Below are positions 26,642-37,432 of a stretch of DNA of 64,000 nucleotides, piece by piece. A program made the position numbers and the translations under genes. Position 1 is the first letter of the stretch, and each line of letters starts with the position of its first letter. This DNA is from Gammaproteobacteria bacterium (GTDB lineage Bacteria; Pseudomonadota; Gammaproteobacteria; Ga0077536): assembly GCA_963662545.2 (NCBI GenBank), contig CAXXLL010000003.1, positions 416,001 through 480,000 of the forward strand, read 5' to 3'. The notes beneath the pieces were generated by a model. The model did not search any database. It worked only from the letters and a program-made list of their open reading frames with translations, and was not told the DNA's origin.

Positions 26642-28435
26642 ATGCCTGAAGCATACGAACTCATAGAACATAATTACGATGTGGTTGTAGTCGGGGCCGG
26701 CGGCGCTGGTTTGCGCGCCACCTTCGGCATGGCCGCCGAGGGCCTCTCCACGGCTTGCATCACCAAGGTCTTTCCGACCCGCAGCCATACCGTTGCCGCG
26801 CAGGGCGGAATGAGCGCAGCGCTCGGTAACATGGGGCCCGACGACTGGCGCTGGCACATGTACGATACCGTCAAGGGCTCGGACTGGCTGGGCGATCAGG
26901 ATGCGATCGAATACATGTGCCGCGAAGCGATCCCGGCGGTGATCGAACTTGAACATTACGGCGTGCCGTTCTCACGTACCGAGTCCGGCGAGATCTATCA
27001 GCGCCCGTTCGGCGGCATGACGACCGAGTTCGGCGAAGGCGGCATCGCGCACCGCACCTGTGCCGCGGCAGATCGCACGGGGCACGCCATCTTACACACG
27101 CTCTATCAGCAGTCGCTCAAACACGACGCCGAATTCATGATCGAATATTTCGCAATCGATCTCGTGATGGATGCCGATGGCGCCTGCCGCGGCGTCGTCG
27201 CCTGGAACCTCGAGGACGGCTCCCTGCACCTCTTTCGCGCGCATGCGGTGGTGCTCGCGACCGGCGGTTACGGCCGCACTTATTTATCATGCACCTCCGC
27301 GCATACCTGTACGGGCGACGGTAACGGCATGGCGCTGCGCGCCGGACTGCCCTTGCAGGACATGGAATTCACCCAGTTTCACCCGACCGGGATCTACGGC
27401 GCGGGCTGCCTTATCACTGAAGGGGTACGCGGCGAAGGCGGCTACTTAACGAACTCCGAAGGCGAGCGCTTCATGGAGCGCTATGCCCCGAATGCCAAGG
27501 ATCTCGCCTCGCGCGATGTGGTGTCGCGATCGATGACGATCGAGATCCGCGAGGGGCGCGGCGTTGGCGAGGAGCGCGATCACATCCACCTGCACCTCGA
27601 ACACCTCGGCCCCGAAGTCATCAACGAGCGCCTGCCGGGCATCGCCGAATCCGCCGAAATCTTCGCCGGCGTCGACGTCACGCGCGAACCGATTCCGGTG
27701 CTGCCGACCGTGCATTACAACATGGGCGGTGTGCCGACCAATTACCACGGTGAAACCGTGACGCTCGCCGACGGCGATCCCGATTCGATCGTGCCGGGCC
27801 TGCTATCGATCGGCGAGGCAGCCTGCGTTTCCGTGCACGGCGCCAACCGGCTCGGTTCGAATTCGCTGCTGGACCTCATCGTCTTCGGGCGGGCCGCGGC
27901 CAAGCGCTGCGCGACCTTGATCACGCGCGGTACTACGCACGCCCCGCTGAGCAGTGAGGCGACCGAACGCATCGTGTCCCACTTCGACGCCCTGCGCTTT
28001 GCGGACGGCAGCGAATCTACCGCGAAGCTTCGCGTCGACATGCAACGCACCATGCAGGAATACGCCGCGGTATTCCGCACCGGCGAAGTAATGGAAGAAG
28101 GTAAGGCGAAACTCCGCGAAGTCTGGGAGGCATTCCGGCACGTCAAGGTCAGTGACCGCTCGATGATATGGAATACCGATCTCGTCGAGACCCTCGAACT
28201 CGAAAATCTGCTACAGAGCGCGATCGTCAGCCTGCATGCAGCGAACAACCGGACCGAAAGCCGTGGCGCGCATGCGCGCGAGGACTATCCGGATCGGGAC
28301 GACCAAAACTGGATGAAGCACACCCTGACCTGGCTCAACGACGACGGCGAGGTCCGTTTCGACTACCGTCCGGTACACATGCACACCCTGACCGACGATG
28401 TTAAGGTCGTACCACCGAAAAAGCGCGTTTATTGA
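26642..28435 (+). CDS. sdhA: Succinate dehydrogenase flavoprotein subunit
   Basis: [42 protein letters not shown]. Confidence 0.98.
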   Translation: MPEAYELIEHNYDVVVVGAGGAGLRATFGMAAEGLSTACITKVFPTRSHTVAAQGGMSAALGNMGPDDWRWHMYDTVKGSDWLGDQDAIEYMCREAIPAVIELEHYGVPFSRTESGEIYQRPFGGMTTEFGEGGIAHRTCAAADRTGHAILHTLYQQSLKHDAEFMIEYFAIDLVMDADGACRGVVAWNLEDGSLHLFRAHAVVLATGGYGRTYLSCTSAHTCTGDGNGMALRAGLPLQDMEFTQFHPTGIYGAGCLITEGVRGEGGYLTNSEGERFMERYAPNAKDLASRDVVSRSMTIEIREGRGVGEERDHIHLHLEHLGPEVINERLPGIAESAEIFAGVDVTREPIPVLPTVHYNMGGVPTNYHGETVTLADGDPDSIVPGLLSIGEAACVSVHGANRLGSNSLLDLIVFGRAAAKRCATLITRGTTHAPLSSEATERIVSHFDALRFADGSESTAKLRVDMQRTMQEYAAVFRTGEVMEEGKAKLREVWEAFRHVKVSDRSMIWNTDLVETLELENLLQSAIVSLHAANNRTESRGAHAREDYPDRDDQNWMKHTLTWLNDDGEVRFDYRPVHMHTLTDDVKVVPPKKRVY

Positions 28436-28436
28436 T

Positions 28437-29219
28437 ATGGCTAAATTCACGCTACCGAAGAATTCGAAGATCGGCGAGGGCAAGACGTTCAAGCACGCCA
28501 ACGGCGCCAAGCAGGCCAGGACGTTCAGGATCTACCGCTGGGATCCGGACCTGGATCGGAACCCGCGCATGGACACCTACGAGATTGATCTCGAGCAATG
28601 CGGGCCGATGGTGCTCGACGCCATCATCTATATTAAGAATGAGATCGATCCGACCCTCACGTTTCGCCGCTCTTGCCGCGAAGGGATTTGCGGTTCGTGC
28701 GCCATGAACATCGGCGGCACCAACACCCTCGCCTGTACCCTGGCGACGCAGTCGGTCAAGGGCACGGTCAAGATCTATCCCCTGCCGCACCTGAAGGTCT
28801 GCAAGGACCTCGTTGCGGACCTGCGCAATTTCTACGCGCAATACACATCCATCAAACCGTGGATGCAGGTGCAGACGCCGGCGCAGCCCGACAAGGAACG
28901 GCTGCAATCCAAGGAGGACCGTGAGCAACTCGACGGTCTCTACGAATGCATTCTGTGCGCGTGCTGCTCGACCGCCTGCCCGAGTTACTGGTGGAACGAA
29001 GACCGGTTTCTGGGCCCGGCGGTGCTGCTGCAGGCCTACCGCTGGATCGCCGACAGCCGCGATGAAGCGACGGGTGAACGTCTGGACGAACTGGAAGACC
29101 CGTTCCGCCTGTACCGATGTCACACCATCATGAATTGCGCCAATGCCTGTCCCAAGGGACTCAACCCCGCGAAAGCCATCGCCGAAATCAAGAAGTTGAT
29201 GGTGTCGCGCAGTCTTTAG
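28437..29219 (+). CDS. sdhB: Succinate dehydrogenase iron-sulfur subunit
   Basis: [36 protein letters not shown]. Confidence 0.98.
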   Translation: MAKFTLPKNSKIGEGKTFKHANGAKQARTFRIYRWDPDLDRNPRMDTYEIDLEQCGPMVLDAIIYIKNEIDPTLTFRRSCREGICGSCAMNIGGTNTLACTLATQSVKGTVKIYPLPHLKVCKDLVADLRNFYAQYTSIKPWMQVQTPAQPDKERLQSKEDREQLDGLYECILCACCSTACPSYWWNEDRFLGPAVLLQAYRWIADSRDEATGERLDELEDPFRLYRCHTIMNCANACPKGLNPAKAIAEIKKLMVSRSL

Positions 29220-29506
29220 TGAGGCACAGCGCACCAACAGGGGCCGATCCCGTCAAGCGCCTGCGGTGGCGGTGCCGGCGCGGCATGCGCGAACTCGACG
29301 TCCTGCTGGAGCCTTATTTCACACAGCGCAATGCGACGATGACGCCCGCAGACTTGCAGTTGTTCGAACGCTTTCTGGACTCCAGCGATATGGATCTCCA
29401 CGCCTGGCTGACCCGGCGCAGCACACCGGCTGAAGCGAAGTTCGCCGCGCTGGTCAATGCGATTCTCGACGCCAGCCGGTCAAACGAGGGCGCCGCATTG
29501 CCATGA
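29219..29506 (+). CDS. sdhE: Succinate dehydrogenase assembly factor 2
   Basis: RLRWRCRRGMRELD motif; GTG overlapping the sdhB stop. Confidence 0.92.
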   Translation: MRHSAPTGADPVKRLRWRCRRGMRELDVLLEPYFTQRNATMTPADLQLFERFLDSSDMDLHAWLTRRSTPAEAKFAALVNAILDASRSNEGAALP

Positions 29507-30495
29507 GCGATCCAGGACAATGGCTCACCCGTCTTGCGCCGGACGCGGTCACCCTTGCAGGCGACCGGGCCGCGCATTTCGGCGATGTCCTTGGCGAAGC
29601 GGCGATCGTCGGCCTGCAGACCACGAAAACGCCGCTCGGTGAATGTGGCGTGGTCGGTATCGAAGGTCCTGAAGCCGCGGAATTCCTGCACGCCCAGTTG
29701 AGCGCTGAGTGCCTCACCCTGGCCGATGGCGGCACCTGCCTTACGGCCTGGTGTACGCCCAAGGGCCGCGTGCTTTATCTCTTGCGCCTGGTGCGCCGCG
29801 GGGCGTCGTATTTCGCATTATTGCCGCGCGATCAGGCGGTTGATTTCGCTGATCGCCTATCGAAGTTCGTGCTGCGCGCGGAGGTCGAAATTTCGGATCT
29901 GAGCGCCAGCCAAGGCGTCATCGTCGTGAATCAGAATTCGGATCAGATGCCTATTGAGGTGCCGACCGAGGCAGGCGATGCCGCCTGCGCAGCCAGCGAA
30001 GATTACCGGCAGTGTTGGATCGTGGGCGGGTTCGAAACGCTGATCGAGGTCTGGCCCGGGATCGCGGGAACGCCGGTCGGCGAAAACGCGGCGGCACTTG
30101 CGGACGTCCGCCTCGGCCTGCCGCGCCTGGTGCGAACCCTCGCCGAAACATTTCTGCCGCAGGAACTGAACCTCGATGCCCTGGGCGGGGTGAGTTTCGA
30201 GAAGGGTTGTTACCCAGGCCAGGAAATCGTCGCGCGGGTCAAGTTTCGCGGCGCGGTCAAACGGCGCTTGAGCCGGTTGATCGGCGCGGGGAAAGCGGCC
30301 CCAGACCCTGGAGCACGCATCGCATCGTCACCCTCGGGTAAGTCGGTCGGTACCGTACTGGTCTCCGCCCGGTCCGCGGCGAATGCTTTTGAAGTGCTGG
30401 GGGTGCTGGATCTCGCGGCAGGAGCGATCGCGCTCGAGGGGGACACCGAGGCGGACCTCGATCGAGAGACGCTGCCGTACTCCGTTGCCTCCTGA
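29503..30495 (+). CDS. ygfZ: Folate-binding Fe-S/tRNA-modification protein
   Basis: FLPQELNLD, SFEKGCYPGQEIVAR signature. Confidence 0.93.
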   Translation: MSDPGQWLTRLAPDAVTLAGDRAAHFGDVLGEAAIVGLQTTKTPLGECGVVGIEGPEAAEFLHAQLSAECLTLADGGTCLTAWCTPKGRVLYLLRLVRRGASYFALLPRDQAVDFADRLSKFVLRAEVEISDLSASQGVIVVNQNSDQMPIEVPTEAGDAACAASEDYRQCWIVGGFETLIEVWPGIAGTPVGENAAALADVRLGLPRLVRTLAETFLPQELNLDALGGVSFEKGCYPGQEIVARVKFRGAVKRRLSRLIGAGKAAPDPGARIASSPSGKSVGTVLVSARSAANAFEVLGVLDLAAGAIALEGDTEADLDRETLPYSVAS

Positions 30496-31513
30496 AGCGG
30501 ATTTAGGCGCCCCGCATGGACGCGTCGTCGCTTCGACCGATTTCAGACCCGCGCCCTGCTTGCCGGGGCCACACCTGCCGACGATCTGGGTCACGGTGTG
30601 CCGACCCACACCCGCGGTCGACCTCACGTTCGAACGCCTCGAACTCCCTGACGGGGACTTCGTCGACCTCGCCTGGACGCAGGACAACGGCGGTCCCGTG
30701 GTCCTGGTGCTGCACGGCCTGGAAGGCTGCCACGAATCGATCTATGCGCGCGCGATCCTGGCTCGGCTACGCGCCGCGGGCTACCGCGGGGTACTGCTCC
30801 AGTTCCGCGGCTGCAGTGGCGGCCCCAATCGGCTCGATCGCACCTACCACTCGGGTGATACGGGGGACACCGCCCACGTCGCGGGCGTCATCGAGAAGCG
30901 CTACGGCCGGCCCCCGTTCGCTGCGATCGGCTACTCGCTGGGCGGTAACGTACTGCTCAAGTGGTTGGGCGAACTCGCCGGCGACGCCCGCCTCACCACG
31001 GCCGTCGCAGTCTCCGTGCCATTCGATCTAGGCGCCTGCGCCACGCGCCTCAATCAGGGCTTTTCCCGCTTCTACCAATGGCGGTTGATCCGCAGCATGC
31101 GACGCAAATACCAGGAAAAGTTTGCCCGACGCCCCTCGCCTCTCGCGATCGAGGACGTTCGCCGGTTGAACACTTTCTGGTCCTACGACGACGCCGTGAC
31201 GGCGCCGCTACACGGCTTTCGCGACGTTTATGATTATTACACTTCGAGCAGCAGCCGCTCATACTTGAAACGTATCGCGGTGCCGACCTTAATCCTACAA
31301 GCCGATAATGACCCCTTCGTGCCCACAGCCGCAGTACCGAGCGCGGCGGAACTCAGTCCCAAGCTGACACTCGAAATGACCAGCGGCGGCGGTCACGTTG
31401 GATTCGTTTCGGGTTGCTGGCCCTGGCGGTTGCGATACTGGCTAGACGATCGCATCGTTTCTCATTTGAATGAACACCGAGCGCAGCATACGGCGGCAGC
31501 CAATGTTCAATAA
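30485..31513 (+). CDS. YheT-family alpha/beta hydrolase
   Basis: ERLELPDGDFVDL, LHGLEG, FRGCSG, GYSLGG, DNDPF, GGHVGF; TTG start inferred. Confidence 0.88.
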   Translation: MPPEADLGAPHGRVVASTDFRPAPCLPGPHLPTIWVTVCRPTPAVDLTFERLELPDGDFVDLAWTQDNGGPVVLVLHGLEGCHESIYARAILARLRAAGYRGVLLQFRGCSGGPNRLDRTYHSGDTGDTAHVAGVIEKRYGRPPFAAIGYSLGGNVLLKWLGELAGDARLTTAVAVSVPFDLGACATRLNQGFSRFYQWRLIRSMRRKYQEKFARRPSPLAIEDVRRLNTFWSYDDAVTAPLHGFRDVYDYYTSSSSRSYLKRIAVPTLILQADNDPFVPTAAVPSAAELSPKLTLEMTSGGGHVGFVSGCWPWRLRYWLDDRIVSHLNEHRAQHTAAANVQ

Positions 31514-32042
31514 AATACACTCTACGATGCCGATGAACATTTCGCCGCGTGTCGTCTTCCTCTTGACGGCCTTCGTGTGTGCGAGCCTGCTCGGCTACGG
31601 GTATTACCTGCAGTTCGTGGAAGGACTCGAACCGTGTCCCATGTGCATCGCGCAGCGGATCTGCTACATCGCCATCGTGGTCGTGAGCCTGGCCGGCGCG
31701 GTGCATGGTCCGGAATTTCGCGCTGTATACGTTTACGCGTCGCTGACCGTATTCTCGGCCATGGTCGGGGCCGCCATCGCCGGGCGCCAGGTCTGGCTGC
31801 AGCACCTGCCGCCCGATCTCGTGCCCGAATGCGGGCCCGGACTCGCCTTCATGCTCGAAGTCTACCCGCTCGCCGAAGTGATTCAGAAGGCCTTCATCGG
31901 CACCGGGGAATGCGCGCAGGTCGCGTGGACCTTCCTGGGATTTTCCATCGCCGCATGGTCGCTCGTTTGCTTTTGTTCAATTTTCGTGGCTTATATCACG
32001 CTAATGTGGATACGCGCGCGCGGTGCGGGGCAATCAATCTAA
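31503..32042 (+). CDS. dsbB: Disulfide bond formation protein B
   Basis: LEPCPMCIAQR, VPECGPGL, GTGECA, four TM segments. Confidence 0.93.
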   Translation: MFNKIHSTMPMNISPRVVFLLTAFVCASLLGYGYYLQFVEGLEPCPMCIAQRICYIAIVVVSLAGAVHGPEFRAVYVYASLTVFSAMVGAAIAGRQVWLQHLPPDLVPECGPGLAFMLEVYPLAEVIQKAFIGTGECAQVAWTFLGFSIAAWSLVCFCSIFVAYITLMWIRARGAGQSI

Positions 32043-32054
32043 AGGTAATGGCTC

Positions 32055-32597
32055 ATGACTGAATTCATTCCAAGGAACGGCCTTCGACCGGGAATAATTC
32101 TCACGGCTTGTGTTATCGCGATGCTGGCCGGCGGCACATACGCCGGTACGTTCTCAGCGAAAGTCTTGCTCGGCGTCGATCGGCTTTACGTCGCCGTGGA
32201 CGGCATTCCCGCGAAATTCGAACGTAACGGCCTGACCGCCGGAGAACTCCGCAAGCGAACCGAGGACCGTTTGTCAGCCTACGGCATCAAGATCGTCAGC
32301 GAAGCCGTCGCCGTCAAGGACAATCAAGCGGCTCAATTGCTCATCAAATTGAATGCGAACGAAGACGCCTCAGCGTTAGTATTCTACCGGGTCTCCGTGC
32401 AGCTCAAACGCAAGCTGCCACTCGACGCGACGGGACAGAGCTTTATTTCGGAGACGGTCTGGTCGGATGGGCGCAGCGGCGTCATCGATCCCTTCAATCT
32501 CGAGAACGTCTACGGCTACGTCGGCGAGATCCTGGAGAAGTTCATCGCCGAGCACGGCCGGCACAATGTCCCGTCACGGGCAGCGCTCACCCCTTAA
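32055..32597 (+). CDS. Hypothetical exported protein
   Basis: Signal-peptide-like N-terminus; fills the gap between dsbB and maeB; no family recognised. Confidence 0.65.
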   Translation: MTEFIPRNGLRPGIILTACVIAMLAGGTYAGTFSAKVLLGVDRLYVAVDGIPAKFERNGLTAGELRKRTEDRLSAYGIKIVSEAVAVKDNQAAQLLIKLNANEDASALVFYRVSVQLKRKLPLDATGQSFISETVWSDGRSGVIDPFNLENVYGYVGEILEKFIAEHGRHNVPSRAALTP

Positions 32598-32630
32598 TCG
32601 TTTAGCGCGCGAATCGTCACGCCGCCTCGC

Positions 32631-34913
32631 TTAAGCCTTAGACACCTGGGCGTCGACCACAGCGAGCGCACTCATGTTCAAAATGCGGCGTACGCTCGCG
32701 GTCGGTGTCAGGATATGCGCCGCATGGCGACAGCCGAGCAGGATGGGACCGACGGCCACGCCTTCGCCGAGTACTGTGAGGAGATTCAGCGCGATGTTGG
32801 CAGCGTCTATGGTCGGCATGACCAGGAGGTTGGCCTGGCCTTTAAGCGTTGAGTGCGCTCGCGCCGCGTCCCGGATCGCCGGGACGAGCGCCGCGTCCGC
32901 CTGCATCTCGCCGTCGATCTCGAGATCCGGAACCTGCCGGCGGATGAGATCGAGGGCTTCACGCATCTTGCGCGAGGTGTCGGTGTCGGTAGTACCGAAA
33001 TTGGAATGCGATAGCAGCGCCGCCTTGGGTACGAGGCCGAAGCGTTTAACCTGCTCAGCGGCGAGTGCCGTCATGCTCGCAATCTGCCCCGCGGAGGGTT
33101 CGGGGTGCACGTAGGCGTCGCACACAAAATACGTGCCCTTGCGCAGAATCAGCACGTTCATGGCTGCCATATCGCTCACACCATCGCGGGTGCCGAGCAG
33201 GTTCTGCACGTGCATGAGATGGTCGTGGTACACGCCGACCATCCCGCACACCATGGCGTCAGCCTCTCCTTTACGCACCAGCAGAGCCGCGATGACCGTG
33301 GTATTCGAACGGAGCTGCTCCTTGGCGTCTTCGAGTGAAATGCCGTCGCGACCCATGATCTCATGATAGAAAGCCGCGTGTTCGTCGAAACCGTTTTCGA
33401 TCTCGGTGTTGATGACTTCGAAATCCTCTCCTGCACGGATCCGGAGACCGAGCTTGCCGATTTGCTTTTCGATAACGCGGAGTCGTCCGATCAGCATCGG
33501 AATCGCGATGCCGTCGTCGACGACCGACTGGACCGCACGCAATACCGTCGGCGCCTCGCCGTCGGCGTAAACGAGCCGCTTGCGGTCTTGCTTGGCCTGG
33601 TCGTATAGCGGACGCATCAAGAGCACCGACTGAAACACGAACTTCGAGAGTTGATCGCGGTAGGCCGTGAAATCCTCGATCGGCCGCGTGGCCACCCCGC
33701 TCTTCATCGCGGCCGCGGCAACGGCCGGAGCGATTTCGGTGATCAATCGCGGATCGAAGGGATTGGGACTCAGGTATTCCGGGCCGAATTCGAGTGCGTC
33801 GCGGCCGTAAGCGGCGAGGACGATGTCGGATGCCTCCTGCAGGGTCAGCCTGGCCAGCGCGTGCACGCAGGCGAGCTTCATTTCCTCGTTTATGGTGGTA
33901 GCGCCGACGTCCAGCGCGCCGCGAAAGAGGTACGGAAAGCAGAGTACATTGTTGACCTGGTTGGGATAATCCGAGCGGCCGGTGGCAATGATCGCGTCAG
34001 CCCGCGCCGCGCGCGCCTCTTCCGGCAGAATTTCCGGCGTAGGGTTGGCCAGCGCCAGGATCAACGGTTGTTCGGCCATCGTTTTGATCATGTCGCCGGT
34101 CAGCACCCCGGGACCCGATACGCCGAGAAAAATATCCGCCCCGGCGATCGCATCGGCCAGGCTGCGGTGCTCAGTCTTGCGTGCAAAGAATGCCTTGTGC
34201 TCGTTCATGTGCTCGACGCGGCCTTCGTAGATCACGCCGCTGCGGTCAGTCACGAGGATGTTGTCGCGCCGCATACCGAGGGAATCGAGTAGACGCAAGC
34301 AGGCGATAGAGGCGGCGCCCGCGCCGGAGGCGACGAGCTTCACCTCGTCGATATTTTTTCCGACGAGTTTGAGCGCGTTGATGATCGCGGCCGCGGCGAT
34401 GATCGCGGTGCCGTGCTGGTCGTCGTGAAAGACCGGGATCTGTACACGGTCTTTAAGCTTCTGCTCGACGAAGAAGCACTCCGGTGCCTTGATGTCCTCG
34501 AGATTTATCCCGCCGAACGTCGGCTCCAGACTCGCGATGATCTCGACCAGCTTATCGGGATCCGATTCGTTGATCTCGATGTCGAAGACGTCGATACCGG
34601 CGAATTTCTTGAACAGGACGGCCTTGCCTTCCATCACAGGCTTCGCCGCCAAGGGGCCAATGTTGCCAAGGCCAAGCACGGCGGAACCGTTGGTGATCAC
34701 CGCGACGAGGTTGCCGCGGGCGGTATAGAGGGGGGCAGTGCCGGGATCCTCGACAATACGCTCGCACGGCACGGCGACGCCCGGCGAATAAGCGAGCGCA
34801 AGATCATTCTGATTAGCAAGCGGTTTGATCGGCGTGATCTCGATCTTGCCCGGCCTCGGCGTCGTGTGATACTCGAGCGCGCGCGCCTCGAGGTCATCGA
34901 TTTTACGGCTCAC
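32631..34913 (-). CDS. maeB: NADP-dependent malic enzyme with phosphotransacetylase-like C-terminal domain
   Basis: [57 protein letters not shown]. Confidence 0.96.
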   Translation of the reverse strand: MSRKIDDLEARALEYHTTPRPGKIEITPIKPLANQNDLALAYSPGVAVPCERIVEDPGTAPLYTARGNLVAVITNGSAVLGLGNIGPLAAKPVMEGKAVLFKKFAGIDVFDIEINESDPDKLVEIIASLEPTFGGINLEDIKAPECFFVEQKLKDRVQIPVFHDDQHGTAIIAAAAIINALKLVGKNIDEVKLVASGAGAASIACLRLLDSLGMRRDNILVTDRSGVIYEGRVEHMNEHKAFFARKTEHRSLADAIAGADIFLGVSGPGVLTGDMIKTMAEQPLILALANPTPEILPEEARAARADAIIATGRSDYPNQVNNVLCFPYLFRGALDVGATTINEEMKLACVHALARLTLQEASDIVLAAYGRDALEFGPEYLSPNPFDPRLITEIAPAVAAAAMKSGVATRPIEDFTAYRDQLSKFVFQSVLLMRPLYDQAKQDRKRLVYADGEAPTVLRAVQSVVDDGIAIPMLIGRLRVIEKQIGKLGLRIRAGEDFEVINTEIENGFDEHAAFYHEIMGRDGISLEDAKEQLRSNTTVIAALLVRKGEADAMVCGMVGVYHDHLMHVQNLLGTRDGVSDMAAMNVLILRKGTYFVCDAYVHPEPSAGQIASMTALAAEQVKRFGLVPKAALLSHSNFGTTDTDTSRKMREALDLIRRQVPDLEIDGEMQADAALVPAIRDAARAHSTLKGQANLLVMPTIDAANIALNLLTVLGEGVAVGPILLGCRHAAHILTPTASVRRILNMSALAVVDAQVSKA

Positions 34914-34932
34914 GATTGATTTTGAGCCAGGC

Positions 34933-36297
34933 TCATTGCACCGGGAATCCTCGTGGAAGCTGCCCGCGCATACCACGCATGAGATTCTTCATGCCGCCTT
35001 TCTTGGACATCTTCTTGATCATCTTCTGCATCTGGTTGAACTGTTTGAGCAGCCTGTTCACGTCCTGCACCTGCGTTCCCGAGCCATTGGCGATGCGTTT
35101 CTTGCGCGAGCCCTTGACCACCGCGGGAAACTGCCGTTCGCGCGGCGTCATGGAATCGATAATCGCCGCGAGCTTCATAAACTCGCGATCATTAACTTTG
35201 TTGCGCACGGTATCCGGTAAATCGGCCATGCCGGGCAGTTTACCGAGGAGCGTCGACATCCCACCCAAGCTGTTCATCTGGTCGAGTTGATCACGAAAAT
35301 CCTGCAGGTCGAATCCCTTGCCCTTTCTGAGCTTTTCGGCGACCTTCAGCGCCTTATCGTGATCGACCTTCTGTTCGACCTCTTCGATCAGAGAAAGCAC
35401 GTCGCCCATGCCAAGAATACGGGAGGCGATCCGGTCGGGGTGAAACGGTTCGAGCGCGTCGCTCTTTTCGCCCGTGCCGAGGTATTTGATGGGCTTGCCG
35501 GTCACGCGGCGTACAGATAGAGCAGCGCCGCCGCGGGCGTCGCCGTCCGTCTTGGTGAGCACAACCCCGGTCAGTGGCAGCGCCGCGTCAAATGCGCGCG
35601 CGGTCGCCACGGCGTCCTGACCCATCATGGCGTCGATCACAAAGAGTGTTTCATGCGGCTGTACCGCGCCGTGGATGCGCCGGATCTCATCCATCATCTC
35701 CTGATCGATGGCAAGCCGCCCCGCGGTGTCAACGATCAACACCTGATCGAATGCCTTGCGCGCTGCATCGACCGCAGCGCGTGCTATCGCCTCCGCCGGC
35801 TGGGCAGTGTCGCTCGGATAACAGTTCGCGCCGACCTCCCGGGCCAGGATGGCGAGTTGCTCGATCGCGGCCGGCCGGTGCACGTCGCAGCTCACGAGAC
35901 CGACTTGCTTGTTGTCCTGTTCGATCAGGCGACGCGCGAGCTTGGCCGCGGTGGTCGTCTTGCCGGAGCCCTGCAGACCCGCCATCAGGATGACGACTGG
36001 CGGTTGCGCAGCGAGATCGAGACCCGCGTTCTCCACTCCCATGAGCGTAGTCAACTCATCCCGCACGACGCCGATGAAGGCCTGTCCGGGCGTCAGATTA
36101 CCGATCACTTCCTGACCGATCGCGCGTTCGCGCACCGCCGCCAGGAATTCCTTGACGACTTCGAGTCCCACGTCAGCTTCAAGCAGCGCGATGCGGACCT
36201 CACGCAGCGTTTCGTCGATATTGGTTTCGGTCAGCCGCGCGCGGCCGCCCAGCTTTTTAACGACCAGACTCAGGCGCTCGGTAAGATTCTTGAACAT
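34933..36297 (-). CDS. ffh: Signal recognition particle protein
   Basis: GLQGSGKTTT, DTAGR, TKTDGDARGG, Met-rich M domain. Confidence 0.98.
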   Translation of the reverse strand: MFKNLTERLSLVVKKLGGRARLTETNIDETLREVRIALLEADVGLEVVKEFLAAVRERAIGQEVIGNLTPGQAFIGVVRDELTTLMGVENAGLDLAAQPPVVILMAGLQGSGKTTTAAKLARRLIEQDNKQVGLVSCDVHRPAAIEQLAILAREVGANCYPSDTAQPAEAIARAAVDAARKAFDQVLIVDTAGRLAIDQEMMDEIRRIHGAVQPHETLFVIDAMMGQDAVATARAFDAALPLTGVVLTKTDGDARGGAALSVRRVTGKPIKYLGTGEKSDALEPFHPDRIASRILGMGDVLSLIEEVEQKVDHDKALKVAEKLRKGKGFDLQDFRDQLDQMNSLGGMSTLLGKLPGMADLPDTVRNKVNDREFMKLAAIIDSMTPRERQFPAVVKGSRKKRIANGSGTQVQDVNRLLKQFNQMQKMIKKMSKKGGMKNLMRGMRGQLPRGFPVQ

Positions 36298-36410
36298 CAG
36301 TCAGGTGCTTGAATATCGAGGAAAAACGGAAGCCGGGACGCGGCGGCATGCTTCATTACGCTCAGCAATTATGCCATGATTGAATAACGATTGGCTCTTA
36401 TCGATTGCCC

Positions 36411-37211
36411 ATGAACGTAATCTATTTCGGGCTCGCCGCAATCGCCTTGTACATTACCGTTGCGGTACAGACGTCCGAAATCGCGCGCTCGTCCACCAGC
36501 GGCCCGACGCTTAGATCTCCGACCGGCCTGCTCGCCCTGCTCGCGGTAGGAGCGCATGCGTTCGTGCTCTACCCGACCACGGTCACCAGTGCGGGAATCA
36601 ACCTCGGCATTTTCAATGCCGCCTCGCTGGTGGCGTGGATCGTCGCGGTCGTCGTGATCCTGTCGACCTGGCGACGGCCGCTGCACAGCCTGGGCATGGT
36701 CATATTGCCCTTCGCCGCTCTGATCCTCGGACTTTCGCTCGTCTTTTCACACGAGCGCCTGTTGCCGGCGGCGTCGCCCGGCATTGCAATGCACGTCGCC
36801 CTGTCGGTACTGGCCTACAGCCTGTTCTCCATCGCCGCGCTACAGGCTGTTTACCTCGCGTTCGCCGAGCATCGCCTTAAAAGCCATGAACCCCTCCTCG
36901 GTTTCCTGCCGCCGCTTACAACCATGGAGCAGTTGATGTTCGAGTTGACCGGCGTCGCCTTTCTTATGCTGAGCGCCGGGCTCGCAATCGGCGGCTTCTA
37001 CATCGAGGACGTCCGTGGGCAGCACCTCACCCACAAGATTTTCTTCTCCGCTCTAGCGTGGGTGGTATTCGCCGTACTCCTGGTGGGCCGACATTACTGG
37101 CAATGGCGCGGGCGCCGCGCGGTAAAGTACGTGATCGCCGGATTTGTGCTGCTCGCGATCGGATTCTTCGGTTCGAAGATCGCGCTCGAACTGATACTGC
37201 ACCGCGCTTAA
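36411..37211 (+). CDS. Cytochrome c assembly-family inner membrane protein (YpjD-like)
   Basis: HVALSVLAY, LPPLTTME, HKIFFS, WRGRRA, GSK; divergent from ffh, as is typical. Confidence 0.88.
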   Translation: MNVIYFGLAAIALYITVAVQTSEIARSSTSGPTLRSPTGLLALLAVGAHAFVLYPTTVTSAGINLGIFNAASLVAWIVAVVVILSTWRRPLHSLGMVILPFAALILGLSLVFSHERLLPAASPGIAMHVALSVLAYSLFSIAALQAVYLAFAEHRLKSHEPLLGFLPPLTTMEQLMFELTGVAFLMLSAGLAIGGFYIEDVRGQHLTHKIFFSALAWVVFAVLLVGRHYWQWRGRRAVKYVIAGFVLLAIGFFGSKIALELILHRA

Positions 37212-37265
37212 GGATAATTCATAGGTTCGTTCTAAAGTCCGTAGTTCCCATATGCCGTCGCTATG

Positions 37266-37356
37266 AACCACAGAGATCACAGAGAAAGCCATTATCTTGT
37301 GACCTGTAAACGGTCTTTTTCTCCCTTTCTCTGTGTGCTCTGTGATCTCTGTGGTT
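37266..37356. repeat. Inverted-repeat element built of CACAGAG units
   Basis: Perfect 19-bp IR aaccacagagatcacagag (37266-37284) / ctctgtgatctctgtggtt (37338-37356). Confidence 0.85.
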
Positions 37357-37432
37357 TTATCGTGCCGCTCCCTAACACGTCTGCGTATCAGTTCAACTCC
37401 TAAGATCCTACCTATGAAGGTTAACTAGAGCC

